This document shows, in pieces, positions 21,670 to 32,662 of a stretch of DNA of 64,000 bases; position 1 is the stretch's first letter, and each line of letters begins with the position of its first letter. Source of the stretch: Tetramitus jugosus (Eukaryota > Protista > Heterolobosea). Position numbers and translations under genes: made by a program. The notes under the pieces were generated by a model. That model ran no database searches and was not told the origin of the DNA. It saw only the letters and a list, made by a program, of their open reading frames with translations. Location of the stretch: NCBI GenBank assembly GCA_937625935.1, contig OW569372.1:1-64000 (forward strand). The letters run 5' to 3'.

Positions 21670-22752
21670 TCAAGCAGCAGTTTTTTGATTGTTGTTTTCG
21701 TGTTTTTGTTTTTTTCCGAGTTTGACACCTTTTTTCTCCGTCAAAACAACAGGAAGCATGGCATTGAAGTCTTTCAAGACATCTTCAATAATGCCCCAAA
21801 TGACCTCCACATTCTTCTGTGCAATGTCTTCTGCCGACCAGAGATATCGTGGATTGATACTCTTTCTCTTTCGGAGAATCTCCAAAGCCTTGTTAATGTT
21901 GTGCAACTTGGCTCCATTTTGTTTTGGATGTCTTTCGACTCCTCTCATCTCAATCCGCTCGAGCTTGGCAACAATGTCACAAAAGAGAGTCCCATTCGAC
22001 ATGTTCAATATAACGTCACTTCCGTCATCATCAGACAATCTGAATCCAACACTCCTCAGAGCCTGAATGATTTTCTTTACGAGTGCTTCATTCGTTCGGT
22101 ACGTTTTTTGGTCAATGGTTTGTCTCAGTACAGCTATTGGCTTTACCTGCTCAGATTTCTTATTCTTTGGTGGAGAAGCTAATCGTCGAGGCTTCCCTAT
22201 CTCTTTTTCAACCTCTTGTTGTTGATTTGTTCGGTCTGACATAGGTGCCTTGAGTTGTTGCTGCTGCTGCTGCTGTTCGACAATCTTCTCTGAGATCAGG
22301 TCTGTAATCTGTTCTCTGAAAGTGTGCGCCCCTGATATCATTCTGATCGGTGATGTTGGTTGAGGGTTGGGAGATAGCATCTTCCCCAAGCTCGTTGCTC
22401 TGTTTGGAAACTTACAAGTTGTCGCTTGGTAAACAGTTTTACTTTTCGTTTCCTTGTCCTGTCTCTCAATGAACAGAAATTTGACATTCTCAGGCATGAA
22501 AACATTGAATCTGATAGGAGGAGTACGATGAGGATTCCTTGTATTACGAGCACTGCCGGATATGAGATCAGAAGCATGATTAGTTTGCACACTTGCAGAG
22601 CTGATAGACAAGTGATTCAAGTTCGGTAGTGAGATTGAACAGATTACATCCACTGGTGGTGAGAAATACTGAGAATCAACTGATGATTCACATATCGTGC
22701 CAGTAATATCGGTATTGAACTGCGATCTCATCTCCATCTCGTTTTCCATCAT
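21670..22752 (-). CDS. Calponin-homology domain protein
   Basis: C-terminal MSNGTLFCDIV...LHNINKALEIL...EDIAQKNVEVIWGII is a CH-domain signature. Confidence 0.7.
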   Translation of the reverse strand: MMENEMEMRSQFNTDITGTICESSVDSQYFSPPVDVICSISLPNLNHLSISSASVQTNHASDLISGSARNTRNPHRTPPIRFNVFMPENVKFLFIERQDKETKSKTVYQATTCKFPNRATSLGKMLSPNPQPTSPIRMISGAHTFREQITDLISEKIVEQQQQQQQLKAPMSDRTNQQQEVEKEIGKPRRLASPPKNKKSEQVKPIAVLRQTIDQKTYRTNEALVKKIIQALRSVGFRLSDDDGSDVILNMSNGTLFCDIVAKLERIEMRGVERHPKQNGAKLHNINKALEILRKRKSINPRYLWSAEDIAQKNVEVIWGIIEDVLKDFNAMLPVVLTEKKGVKLGKKQKHENNNQKTAA

Positions 22753-22812
22753 ATGAAATTCTGTAGCTCAGTAGTAGCGGATAATTGCAAAAAGCGTTCA
22801 AACAAAAGAAAA

Positions 22813-23754
22813 ATGATGACAACAATCCCCAACCTAACAACACAGTTTCCAGTTTTGCATGACGACACACCAATCAATGCATACCTGCAAGGAGATCGAC
22901 AATGTGTGGTGCATGACCCCGATACAGTCCATATCCTTCATTCACATTATCGCATTGTTGTCAAAATGATTGGATCTCTTCCATTTCACAGCTCTCAAAA
23001 CATTTATCATTCATTGCCTGGTCTCATACCACCAGATGCAACGACACTTGCTCTAAAAAGAGGTTGGATCAAGATTTTCAAACAAAAAGTACAGCCCATT
23101 ACAGAGAACAACGATTCCACAAAATGGGAAGATTTGTCACAAGAAGAACCTGACACACGGAAACGAATGAAGATGGTGAATGCGTATGATGAGAATGTGA
23201 GAATTGTGAATGAATTTATGAAACCGCATGTGACGTTGACTGGAATATCAGAAACCATGTATCATTTGCCCAATGAGACACATGAATCGTTTGTTCGTGA
23301 TACTCATGCACAGTACGAGGATGTGAGCACTGAATGGAAATATCCAGAGACGGAAAAGGAATGTAATCGATACAAGGTGTTTGAAGCCTTGTACAATAAG
23401 GGCTATTTTGTGACGAGTGGGGATCGGTTTGGATGTGACTTTCTAGTGTACAAGGAAGATCCACTCATTTACCACTCTGAATGGATGGTGTATGTGGTGT
23501 CTGAAGAGGAAACCTGGAATCCCTTTCCAATGATCTCAATCGGTAGACTAGGTAACTATGTGCACAAAACTGTAATCTACGCCTGTGTCGTTCGGAACAA
23601 TGGAGAGGAACAAGTCAAGTTTCTTTCCTGGAATTGGTTTGATCTTGAGACGCTCAAACTGTATCGAAAGAACAAACGAAAGCAGCAACAGAGGCAACCA
23701 CCCACTGCCTCAACTCTTCCCAAGCAACCTAAAAAGCACGATCTCAATAAATAA
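22813..23754 (+). CDS. SEN34: tRNA-splicing endonuclease subunit Sen34
   Basis: YFVTSGDRFGCDFLVYKEDPLIYHS and GRLGNYVHKT (Y/H/K catalytic triad). Confidence 0.9.
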   Translation: MMTTIPNLTTQFPVLHDDTPINAYLQGDRQCVVHDPDTVHILHSHYRIVVKMIGSLPFHSSQNIYHSLPGLIPPDATTLALKRGWIKIFKQKVQPITENNDSTKWEDLSQEEPDTRKRMKMVNAYDENVRIVNEFMKPHVTLTGISETMYHLPNETHESFVRDTHAQYEDVSTEWKYPETEKECNRYKVFEALYNKGYFVTSGDRFGCDFLVYKEDPLIYHSEWMVYVVSEEETWNPFPMISIGRLGNYVHKTVIYACVVRNNGEEQVKFLSWNWFDLETLKLYRKNKRKQQQRQPPTASTLPKQPKKHDLNK

Positions 23755-23817
23755 AGAGACAACACCAGCAATCACCAGAAGTGAACAAAAAAGCTTGAAC
23801 AACGAAAAAAAGTTAAA

Positions 23818-24438
23818 ATGATGAACCAACAACCACAACCACACCATGTAAATAATGGTTCATCCCAGTACGATGGATTCAATTTTTCTTCCATGTCTGA
23901 GCTCCTTCCCACCACCACTACCACTCATAACAACAACTATAACCACTCAACAACCATAGCACCAACAACTACAAATGAACCTCAACAACAACAGCAACAA
24001 CAGTCATCACAACAATCATCATCCTTTTTTTCATCACCACAGCTCTCTCATCCCTCACCTTCCTCCTTCTTTTCCATACCCAACTCACCATCCTTTTTCC
24101 TCACACCACCTAGCTCCCCACTCGTCATTTCATCTCCCACACAATTCACCACTCCCACATCAATCTCATCTCCCATAACAACAACAAAACAATCACCAAC
24201 AACGACAACTTCCTCCTCTTCATCACCACCAGAATCTGCTCTCGATAGGTTTGGTGAGCGATTTGATGATGAAGAAGAAGAGGAATTGAGAGCAATTCCA
24301 TTTCGTAGCATTCACCCATCTCCACATCATTATCATCACCAACATCAACATCATCATCATCAATTTTCTCATTCTTCTCCTTCACCACTTCGAAGCTCCA
24401 ATCAATCTCCTTCTGCATTCCTCTTTCATCATCAACAA

Positions 24439-24470
<32 letters not shown>

Positions 24471-26028
24471 GCAATTCAGTGGTGTGTTCAATCGGTCATC
24501 TTCTCCATTTCCCTCTTATTCTCCCCTGTCAGAACATCAATCCATTTTTTCACAACAACAACAACAAAACAGGTTCTCATCTTCTGCAGCAGATAACAGC
24601 AATAATAGTAACAACTATCATCATCAATTGATTCAGACAAAAATCGAAAGCAACGATGCAACGATTGAAGATGCAACAATGGGTGGAGACACATTCACCA
24701 TTAGAGATGATGAAGAAGAAGAAGAAGACAATGAATTGGTTGATGATGAAATGATAATGGTCAATCGTCGAACAAGAAAAGCAAAGAGAAACGATGGAGA
24801 ATTGGACAATCATGAAGAGTATGATAGTATCAAGGGAAAATTGAAAAATTTGAATCAAAACGATGGTGATGAGAATGAAGAGGATGACAATGGCGAAGAA
24901 GAAGAAGAAGATGAAGATTTGGAGAGAACATGGAAAGTGGAACATTGTTTCATTCCTAAGCGATCCAGAAGAGGAAGCAATGTGACTGAAGCACCATCCC
25001 ATCATCAGTTCATATCACCTGAAGAAGCAGCAAGTCAAATTCATATTCAATTGAGTACGAGAGATGAAGTCTATACGATTGTACCAGAGATATTGTACAG
25101 TTCATTGCGCTATGTGTTTCAAGTTTCGTTGCACACGGAGCCAAGAGAAAGTATTATGGCACAATTGTATGTCGTAGAGGATGAGAATCATGAGAATATT
25201 GTGACGCGATCAGATGGAAAGTCAATTATGGATCCAGATCCCGGACTCGTACAAATGGCGTATGCCAATGGTAGTTGCCAGTGTGGATTCAAGGTGAAAG
25301 TCACTGAGAATTCATCGAATCGCAATGGAATGAAATTTGCGTTCAAGATTTGTCTTTATTCGTATGATCGGAACCATACATTGCTGCTCGATGTTGCCTC
25401 TCCCGGATTTATCGTCAAATCTAGAAGAGATCCAAGGAGCAAGCGAACAACGGATGCCACAATTGTCAAAAAACAGAAGAATGCATCTGTCACATCCAAT
25501 CCCAATGTAAGCAAACAAGTCAAGTCAAGTCCATCGACCGGTATGATGGGTCAACCAATAATGAACCCGAACATGTACCCGCAACAACCACAACCACAAA
25601 CAAGCATGCCGTTCGAACATATGAGCCATCAGCGATTTGCACAACAACCGCTCATTCATCAACTACATCCACAGAATCCTATCCAGCCGACACACATATT
25701 CGGTCAACCAAGTCTGTTTCATCAGACAAGAAGTGAATCCCCTGTCGACAAGTTGATTTCTCTTGTACAAAACCACAACTCTTCCGACAGCAGTTCGAGC
25801 GCCAGAGAGTTTTATACAGGTAGTCCCTATGCTGGTGTAGCAAACGTCAGGAGTTCAGCACCGAGCCCTTTACCTCCACCTTCACCAAAGCGTTTGTCAA
25901 AACAAGAGTTGTCAGAGATTATGAGAATGGGTGATGTGTTGCGTGAGAAACTATCTAATCTAAGTGACAATGACAAGAAAGTAGCCTTGTTGTATTTGCA
26001 GAACGAATTGTTCGAAGGTGGTGGATAG
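23818..26028 (+). CDS. Q/H/S-rich putative transcription factor with CudA/p53-like beta-sandwich domain
   Basis: Low-complexity arms flank FKVKVTENSS...FAFKICLY...ASPGFIVKSRR. Confidence 0.55.
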
Positions 26029-26080
26029 ATAGATTTTTACAATAAGAATTTTTCCGTGGTGTGACAATGCACATCGTTCA

Positions 26081-27684
26081 TTAGAACTGGAAGTGTGATC
26101 GGAATGCCTCGACATCTCTGTCTTCGCACAGTTTAACGAGATCATCACGTCCCATAAAACTCAAACTCAGTGACAAATAGTTCCACACATGTCCCAGTAC
26201 TTTTCCTCTCACGTTCTTTCCCATACTTAACACTCGCAAAAACATAACAACAGCTTCTTGATTCTTGTGTAAATTTGCAAAGGCTATTCCCAGATTGACC
26301 CAGGCACGTAGATAATTTGGCCTGATCTTCAAAGCTCTTCGGTAACACTCGATTGCTTTATCACTCTCTCTGCAATTGGCGTGCGTTGCTCCGAGCTTGT
26401 TCCATGATGTGTAATCGTTTGGATTCTTCTTGACTGCTCTTCTGAAACTAGAGATTGCGTTTTGATAGTCTTCGACCAAATGGAACAGAACTCCTCTAAT
26501 CATATCAACATCGCTCTCGTTCTCACTCTCCTGTATTCTGTTCACTGCATTCATCACTTCGGTGTGTAACATGTGGAAGCTATAGTCTCGTATTTCGCGA
26601 TCAGGTAAAACATTAGAGTACACTGGATGAGAGGCTATCCAGTGATGCAAATAAATTAATGCTCGTACCTTGTCCAACTCATTCGTATACGATACACCCA
26701 AATTCAACAATGATTGCAAATCATTTGGATCGACACGAACTGCTCTCGTGAAGCAACTGATGGCTCTCTCATCGTCATCCGCCTCTGACAAAATGAACCC
26801 GAGTCTTCTCCATCCTTCTGACGTCTCCTTCCTCCTCAGTGCTTCTTCCAGTGCTTCAATCGCAGAGAATAAATCACCTTGACTGTGCGCAGTTTCAGAT
26901 GCACTCATTGGATCGGAATGTGAGGCAAATCGATTGGTCTGCGGCCCAAAAACAGGATCGTATGGCGCAGCAGTCGCATTCATGTTCTCAATACTATACT
27001 GTTGCTGAAACAGTTGAAGATAATCTTGATAGGCTTGACCACCAAGCATACCCTGTAAATCACTTTCCATGCCTAGATTCAATGAACTCAATTCTTCAAT
27101 ATCCATCTCTGGAAAATCATAGTTTTGAGAAGATTGATTCTCCAAGTTGTTTCTCAGCATGGATCCTTTGCCCTTGTAGTCACTAAACGTGTTGGCATTC
27201 ATATTGAGACCATGATGAGATGATTGATAGTCCATGGCTCCACTTGCACCATCATCAATATTTAATTTTTGTTGAAGAGCTCTCACCTATAGATCACATA
27301 GTATATGATGAGCAAATCACATACCACAAATTTTCAACAAAAAACAACAAAATCAACAGTAAAACATACCTGTTGTTCAATAAACGCGTCATTCTTCTCT
27401 GGATGAATCTGTTTTCCCAATACTGCACTTCTCTGTCTCATTTTCTGTACTTGAACATGATTCAAGTGACTCAGATCACCACCTGCACTGCCTATACCCA
27501 TCATTGAAGGTTCACTCTCATATGGTACCATGGCTCCACTGTTCGATAAAAAGTCCGACTGTTTGTCAGAAACTCCGACAAATCGATCGATTGCATTGCT
27601 GATGGGGTTGTTGCTGAGTGAACTACTGCTGCTGGATTGTTGTTGTTGTTGTCCCTTATCTCCACCTACTAAATCTCTGAACAT
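26081..27684 (-). CDS. PEX5: Peroxisomal PTS1 receptor PEX5-family TPR protein (2 exons, intron 27287-27369)
   Basis: TPR cluster LGVSYTNE and WNKLGATHAN...RPNYLRAWVNLGI; N-terminus MFRDLVGG...SNNP; phase-0 GTATGT...TAG intron. Confidence 0.88.
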
Positions 27685-27873
27685 GATGTTTTTGTGGTTG
27701 TTGTATGTGTTGGTTGTGGTTGTGGTTGTTTTTGTTGCTATTGTTGTTTTTTCTCCTTGTTGATTTTGGTGGTGGGAATTTTTGGAGTGCAATTTTCCGA
27801 GTAAATCTTTTAGTTATGCAATACAATGAAGTGGATCATTTTATTGGAACTGGATAATGGATTGTCCAAGGGG

Positions 27874-29517
27874 TTAATTAATATCGGAATCGATTGATGA
27901 ATGCTGTATCACATCTTGGTCCTTACTTTTCTTCGACTCTTGTTCTTGAGCTAAAATGTTTCGAATGTCCGTATTGGGCTTATCTGATGTAAGATCATCG
28001 TGTGTCATGTATTCTGACACTGGAAACTTGAGACAAACATCAATTTCACTGCGCGGTTGAACCCATTCCAGGTATTGGTAAAATAGGTGACCTGCTGCTA
28101 CCATGAGCGAACATATCTGACCGAACCAGAATCCACCACTCCGCACACATTGCAGTCTATGCCACAATGAACGCTCTGGATTCAGGGCCATAACTTTATC
28201 ATACACGATGGATGTGCGCTGGGCAACTCGATCCCAATTATACATTTGCTTCACTTTTCTGTGTCTCTCCCACTGTGTTTGCTCGAAATTCTTGAGTAGT
28301 AAGTGTCGCTCGATGGCTTCATTCGTAGCCCGCACCAGACTTGATGTGTCAGCGTCACACAAAACGGCCAAATCATCTGGCAGCACTTCTGGCACTCCAC
28401 CTACGGCTGTACTGACCACTAACAATCCCACTGAGCTGGCCTCGAGTATAGCCATACAGAATGCTTCTGTTAGTGACGTGTTCAGAAAGATGTGACCCCT
28501 CCGTAGAACATCCTTCACTTTCGAATGAGGAATAGCGCCGATCAGTTCTACTCTGCGATCCAATCGATTCTGCTCAATAATTTGCTTCAGCAGTGTGTAT
28601 TTGGGTCCATCTCCAGCAATTACAAAATTTACATTCGGGTGCTTCTTACATATAATCGGTATGACAAATGCCAATAGATCCGCTCCCTTTCTATACACTA
28701 AGCGAGTTGTAACAACAATGGTGATAGGTTCCTGGGACGCTGTCAAGGACGACGATTTTGGTTGCTCCTTAAAATCACCATCCTCAATATTCATCGTCGA
28801 TGGTTCCAACCCATCAGAAGGTCGAAACACTCCCGTGTCCACTGCATGAGGAATAACTGACATTTGTTCATAGGGATGAATATTGGCTCTCAAAACCAAG
28901 TTATCTCTGCTTGTATGAGACACACAAATCACATGATCCACATCTGACAACACATACTGCATCACCTTATTGATATGAATACCTGCAGCATCACCAAACC
29001 CAAACAATGAATGATCAGTGAACACAGTATGGATACCCATTGTTCTCGCATGAACCAATGCCTCCATTCCCATACCACCAGTGCACTGATGACCATGAAC
29101 AATTTGCGTTTGTTCTCTGATCCATATCTGTCTATAAATGGGAAACATACTATAGAACAGAGGCAACGTAGCTCTACCACTTGCCGTGTCCACTGTAAAC
29201 GCCGGAATATAATAAATTTTGAGACCATTGGTCATGTATCGAATACCGTTGCGATCATCAAACGATTTTGTGATAATGACAACGTTGTGCCCCAGTTTCA
29301 ACAATCCCATGCACAGACTCATCAAATGTGATTCTACGCCACCAAAACCAGGATAACAAAAATCACTCACCATACAGATATTGTAGCGCTTGTTTGGTGG
29401 ATTCAATCCAGGTATCGTTGTCGAGTTTTTATCATCATTTCTCTCGTCATGTTGTTGTGGTGGCATTGTGTGCGTTGTTTCTCTCCGATGGAATATGTGT
29501 TGTTGCTTTTTGGGCAA
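27874..29517 (-). CDS. PIGA: GPI-GlcNAc transferase catalytic subunit PIG-A/Gpi3
   Basis: ICMVSDFCYPGFGGVESH, VFTDHSLFGF, RLVYRKG, LNTSLTEAFCMAILEA, VGGVPEVLP. Confidence 0.95.
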   Translation of the reverse strand: MPKKQQHIFHRRETTHTMPPQQHDERNDDKNSTTIPGLNPPNKRYNICMVSDFCYPGFGGVESHLMSLCMGLLKLGHNVVIITKSFDDRNGIRYMTNGLKIYYIPAFTVDTASGRATLPLFYSMFPIYRQIWIREQTQIVHGHQCTGGMGMEALVHARTMGIHTVFTDHSLFGFGDAAGIHINKVMQYVLSDVDHVICVSHTSRDNLVLRANIHPYEQMSVIPHAVDTGVFRPSDGLEPSTMNIEDGDFKEQPKSSSLTASQEPITIVVTTRLVYRKGADLLAFVIPIICKKHPNVNFVIAGDGPKYTLLKQIIEQNRLDRRVELIGAIPHSKVKDVLRRGHIFLNTSLTEAFCMAILEASSVGLLVVSTAVGGVPEVLPDDLAVLCDADTSSLVRATNEAIERHLLLKNFEQTQWERHRKVKQMYNWDRVAQRTSIVYDKVMALNPERSLWHRLQCVRSGGFWFGQICSLMVAAGHLFYQYLEWVQPRSEIDVCLKFPVSEYMTHDDLTSDKPNTDIRNILAQEQESKKSKDQDVIQHSSIDSDIN

Positions 29518-29773
29518 TCAGAAAAAGCAACTCGCCAACTGAGAAAACAGCAAAATCAAACTGCCATAAAAACAAAAAAAAGCTCAGTCAACAAACAAAA
29601 ACTGATCAATCAATCGTTTGAGAGTGACACAACATCACACCTGATACCACACCATTGCACAGTGCATGTTCAAGTGAACACTATCTAAAACTTTTTGTTT
29701 TTTTCATCAGAGCACCCATCAAAGCTTAAAAACAACAACAACAACAACATAACTCAACGACTATTGATCAATC

Positions 29774-32073
29774 ATGATGAACGCTCAACAACAACAACAA
29801 CAGCAACAGCAACAACAACAACAACACCAACAACAGCTACTTCGGAGGCAACAACAAGTCAATGCGCTCTTACAGACTAAAAAATTTGCTACTCAAGCTT
29901 TTCAAGACAAATACAAGAGAGAAATGTACGTACATGAAGCTTTGTGTCTATCTGTCTATCTGTCTATCTATCTGTCAACAACTCATATTAACACCATGAC
30001 CATCATCAAATATCATACTTCATGTGTATCATACTACACAGACATCAGGCATTTTCCATCAAGAATGCTGCCATCAACAATCGATATGACAATCCAATGC
30101 TGGCCAAATTGGCTGACCATTTTTTCGTTGCCATATTGTCAAAGACGGACAATCCGACTGATTTTGAGAATAAGGCGAATCAATTGATACATGTATTGAA
30201 GCATCCAAAGTATGCTGCTTTGGATCACAATGCAATTTATGGTCTAATGTTTTCCTCTTCATCATCATCATCGTCTGCTGCTGCTACTAGTGCAAATGCT
30301 GCATCAGGTACTTCTACGACAGCACCACCTCCATCCACTGCAAATGCTGCCACTACGAATGTTGGTGCGACTACTACTGCGACTGCGACTGCAACGACGA
30401 CGGCTGCGGGCATGAAAAGTGCGACATCATCTTCGCCGTCACAGTCACATGAACTCGTTTCGGCAGAGGACGCGCAAACCTATTGGAGAAAAATTGATCA
30501 AGTATCCGATCAGTTACCACTGATCAATAGCTATATTGAGTCATTTTCTACAAAGTCAAAGAGCATACAAGATAATCAGGATGCCGATTCAATGGAAAAG
30601 AAGAAAAAGTATATTCAACTTACAAGTCTGTTTAGTGCTGTGCGAGACAAGATTCTAGTACCCAAGGAAGACAGACCAAAAATAGATGTCACTATAGTAA
30701 TATTTTCTCAATTGAAACAACTGTATGATTCCCTATTGAGTGTAACTGCGAGAGGCAAGTCGTCATCGTCTTCTGGTGCTGCAACCAGAGGTCCGACTCC
30801 CACAGTCGACTCGAGTGGTACCACCGCTCCTCACACAAGCTCTACAGGAGGTACCGGTGTTTCAACTGCTCCTTCTGCAGTTCCAGGTTCCGCTGCTGCC
30901 ACAACAATGTCTGGTAGTGTGTCCAGTGCAATTGCTCCTACGGTGTCTTCTCTGTCTAGACCAGTGGATCCAGCACAAGCGGCATCTGCAACTGCAACAA
31001 TACCTAACGCAGAGCGCAAGAGCTCTGGTTATTCTACAGGTACTAGCTCCAAGCCATACATTTCAGCAGCCAGTCAATTGCTTGAAATGATAGCAGAGAT
31101 GGAGAAGGACAAGTCACTTAGTGTGAAGTTAAATTACAATCTGAAGCATATTGGTCACCAATTATCACGAATAACTGGTGAATCCATCCTATTCAACGCT
31201 GCCACCGATAAATTGTATGAAGCATTTGTTCGAGAGTGCACTGTGGATGGAAATCAAGTGAGCGACACTGCAAACAGCAAGGGTGTCGCGCTGTCTAATC
31301 TGAAGCGAAAGAGAAGCAATAGTGAAGATGGTGTCACTGGTAGTGGTGGTAGCACAACTGACGCACATACTGAACACAGTCATGATGGTGGTGGTCAATC
31401 AGAAGATGATGAAGCTCCATTTATTTATTCTTCATATTGTCTGATTCGATCGGATTCGTCTGCAGGGGGCATGAAGCGCATCAAACTGAGTATAAACGCA
31501 GATGGAACAACGACACTGAACCATCAACACCGATCATTGCTTCAGAACAGATATCACCACCACTATCATCATCACCATCAAATTCAAAACGATGTCATGG
31601 ACGACTTGGTTCAACAACAGAAGTATGAACGTGAAAGTATGGAAGTGGCGAGTGTGCAATATCTAGAAAAGTACCTCAGCGAGAAGGTGTCCACATTGCA
31701 ATTGACATATGTGAACAGTGTTAGTTTCTCAGTACAAAAGGAGCCATCAGAAGACAAGTATTCCATCACTTGTCAAGTACAATCAAACTCTACTGTAAGA
31801 ATACCTGCACTGCGCATCACAGTTGTCGTACATGCAGATCAGTATGACGAAGAAGACGTGATCGAATTTCAGGGCATGCATTTCCTGGCTTCGAAATTGG
31901 ACGAAGCCAATGTAATTTATTCTCAGGCTCGGAACAGATTCGAGTCTGATATTGGCTCCAAGTACGGAGCCTACAACAAGGCAGAGAAGTCTGTCCGCTT
32001 ATCTAGTGTAGTCAACATGTGGATACAGAGTTTGGAAACGACATTGTCTGAAGACATGAAGAGATTGCGCTAA
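29774..32073 (+). CDS. MED15-like protein (poly-Q, KIX-like N-terminal helices); intron 29926-30041
   Basis: In-frame GTACGT...CAG intron; KIX-like LAKLADHFFVAILSKTDNPTDFENK; family call is tentative. Confidence 0.5.
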
Positions 32074-32662
32074 AACTGCAATAAAAATCTGCGCATTACT
32101 GTGTGATCAATGTGCCTTGCTCTTTTGAATGTGCACTGTGATTGATTGTTATGCTCCTACTTGGTTATCACTGTTCATTTCAAGCCAATTCAAGCCTTTT
32201 TCCATATAATGCCTGATGACTACGACGAGAACATTTTACTCTATTTATCATTGTGTTAACCCTTCGTGGCGACAAGAACGTTGTGTGTTACTCGAATCTG
32301 AGTGTGAAAAACACCGATGTGGGTGTGAAAACTTTTTTAGTTTGATTTTTATGTTGCCACACAAAGAGACGTATTCTCGAGAAGATCGATTGCTACTCTC
32401 AAATTCTGAACATTACACTCTGTCAGTTCATTCTTCAACGACTTTATGAGGTCCCCCTCATACTGTGTTGTCACAACAAACTTCTCTTTGACCAAACTGC
32501 TCATTGTTGTTCATCCTTGATATGGATTCTTCCATAAAATCCAATGGTTCTCTAACTATTTCTAAGTTTTCTTCCATATTGATTCGTTGATTTGTTTTAC
32601 AGCAAAACTGTTCCATACTTTAGGTGGCGATTCAAGATTTATTGAGACTTGAAATTGACAAC

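Noticed and set aside
29947-29977. (TCTA/TCTG)n tract; also the many CAA/ACA/GAT triplet runs across 23-63 kb
   Set aside because: Ordinary microsatellites with no unique spacers; no CRISPR-like array was seen anywhere
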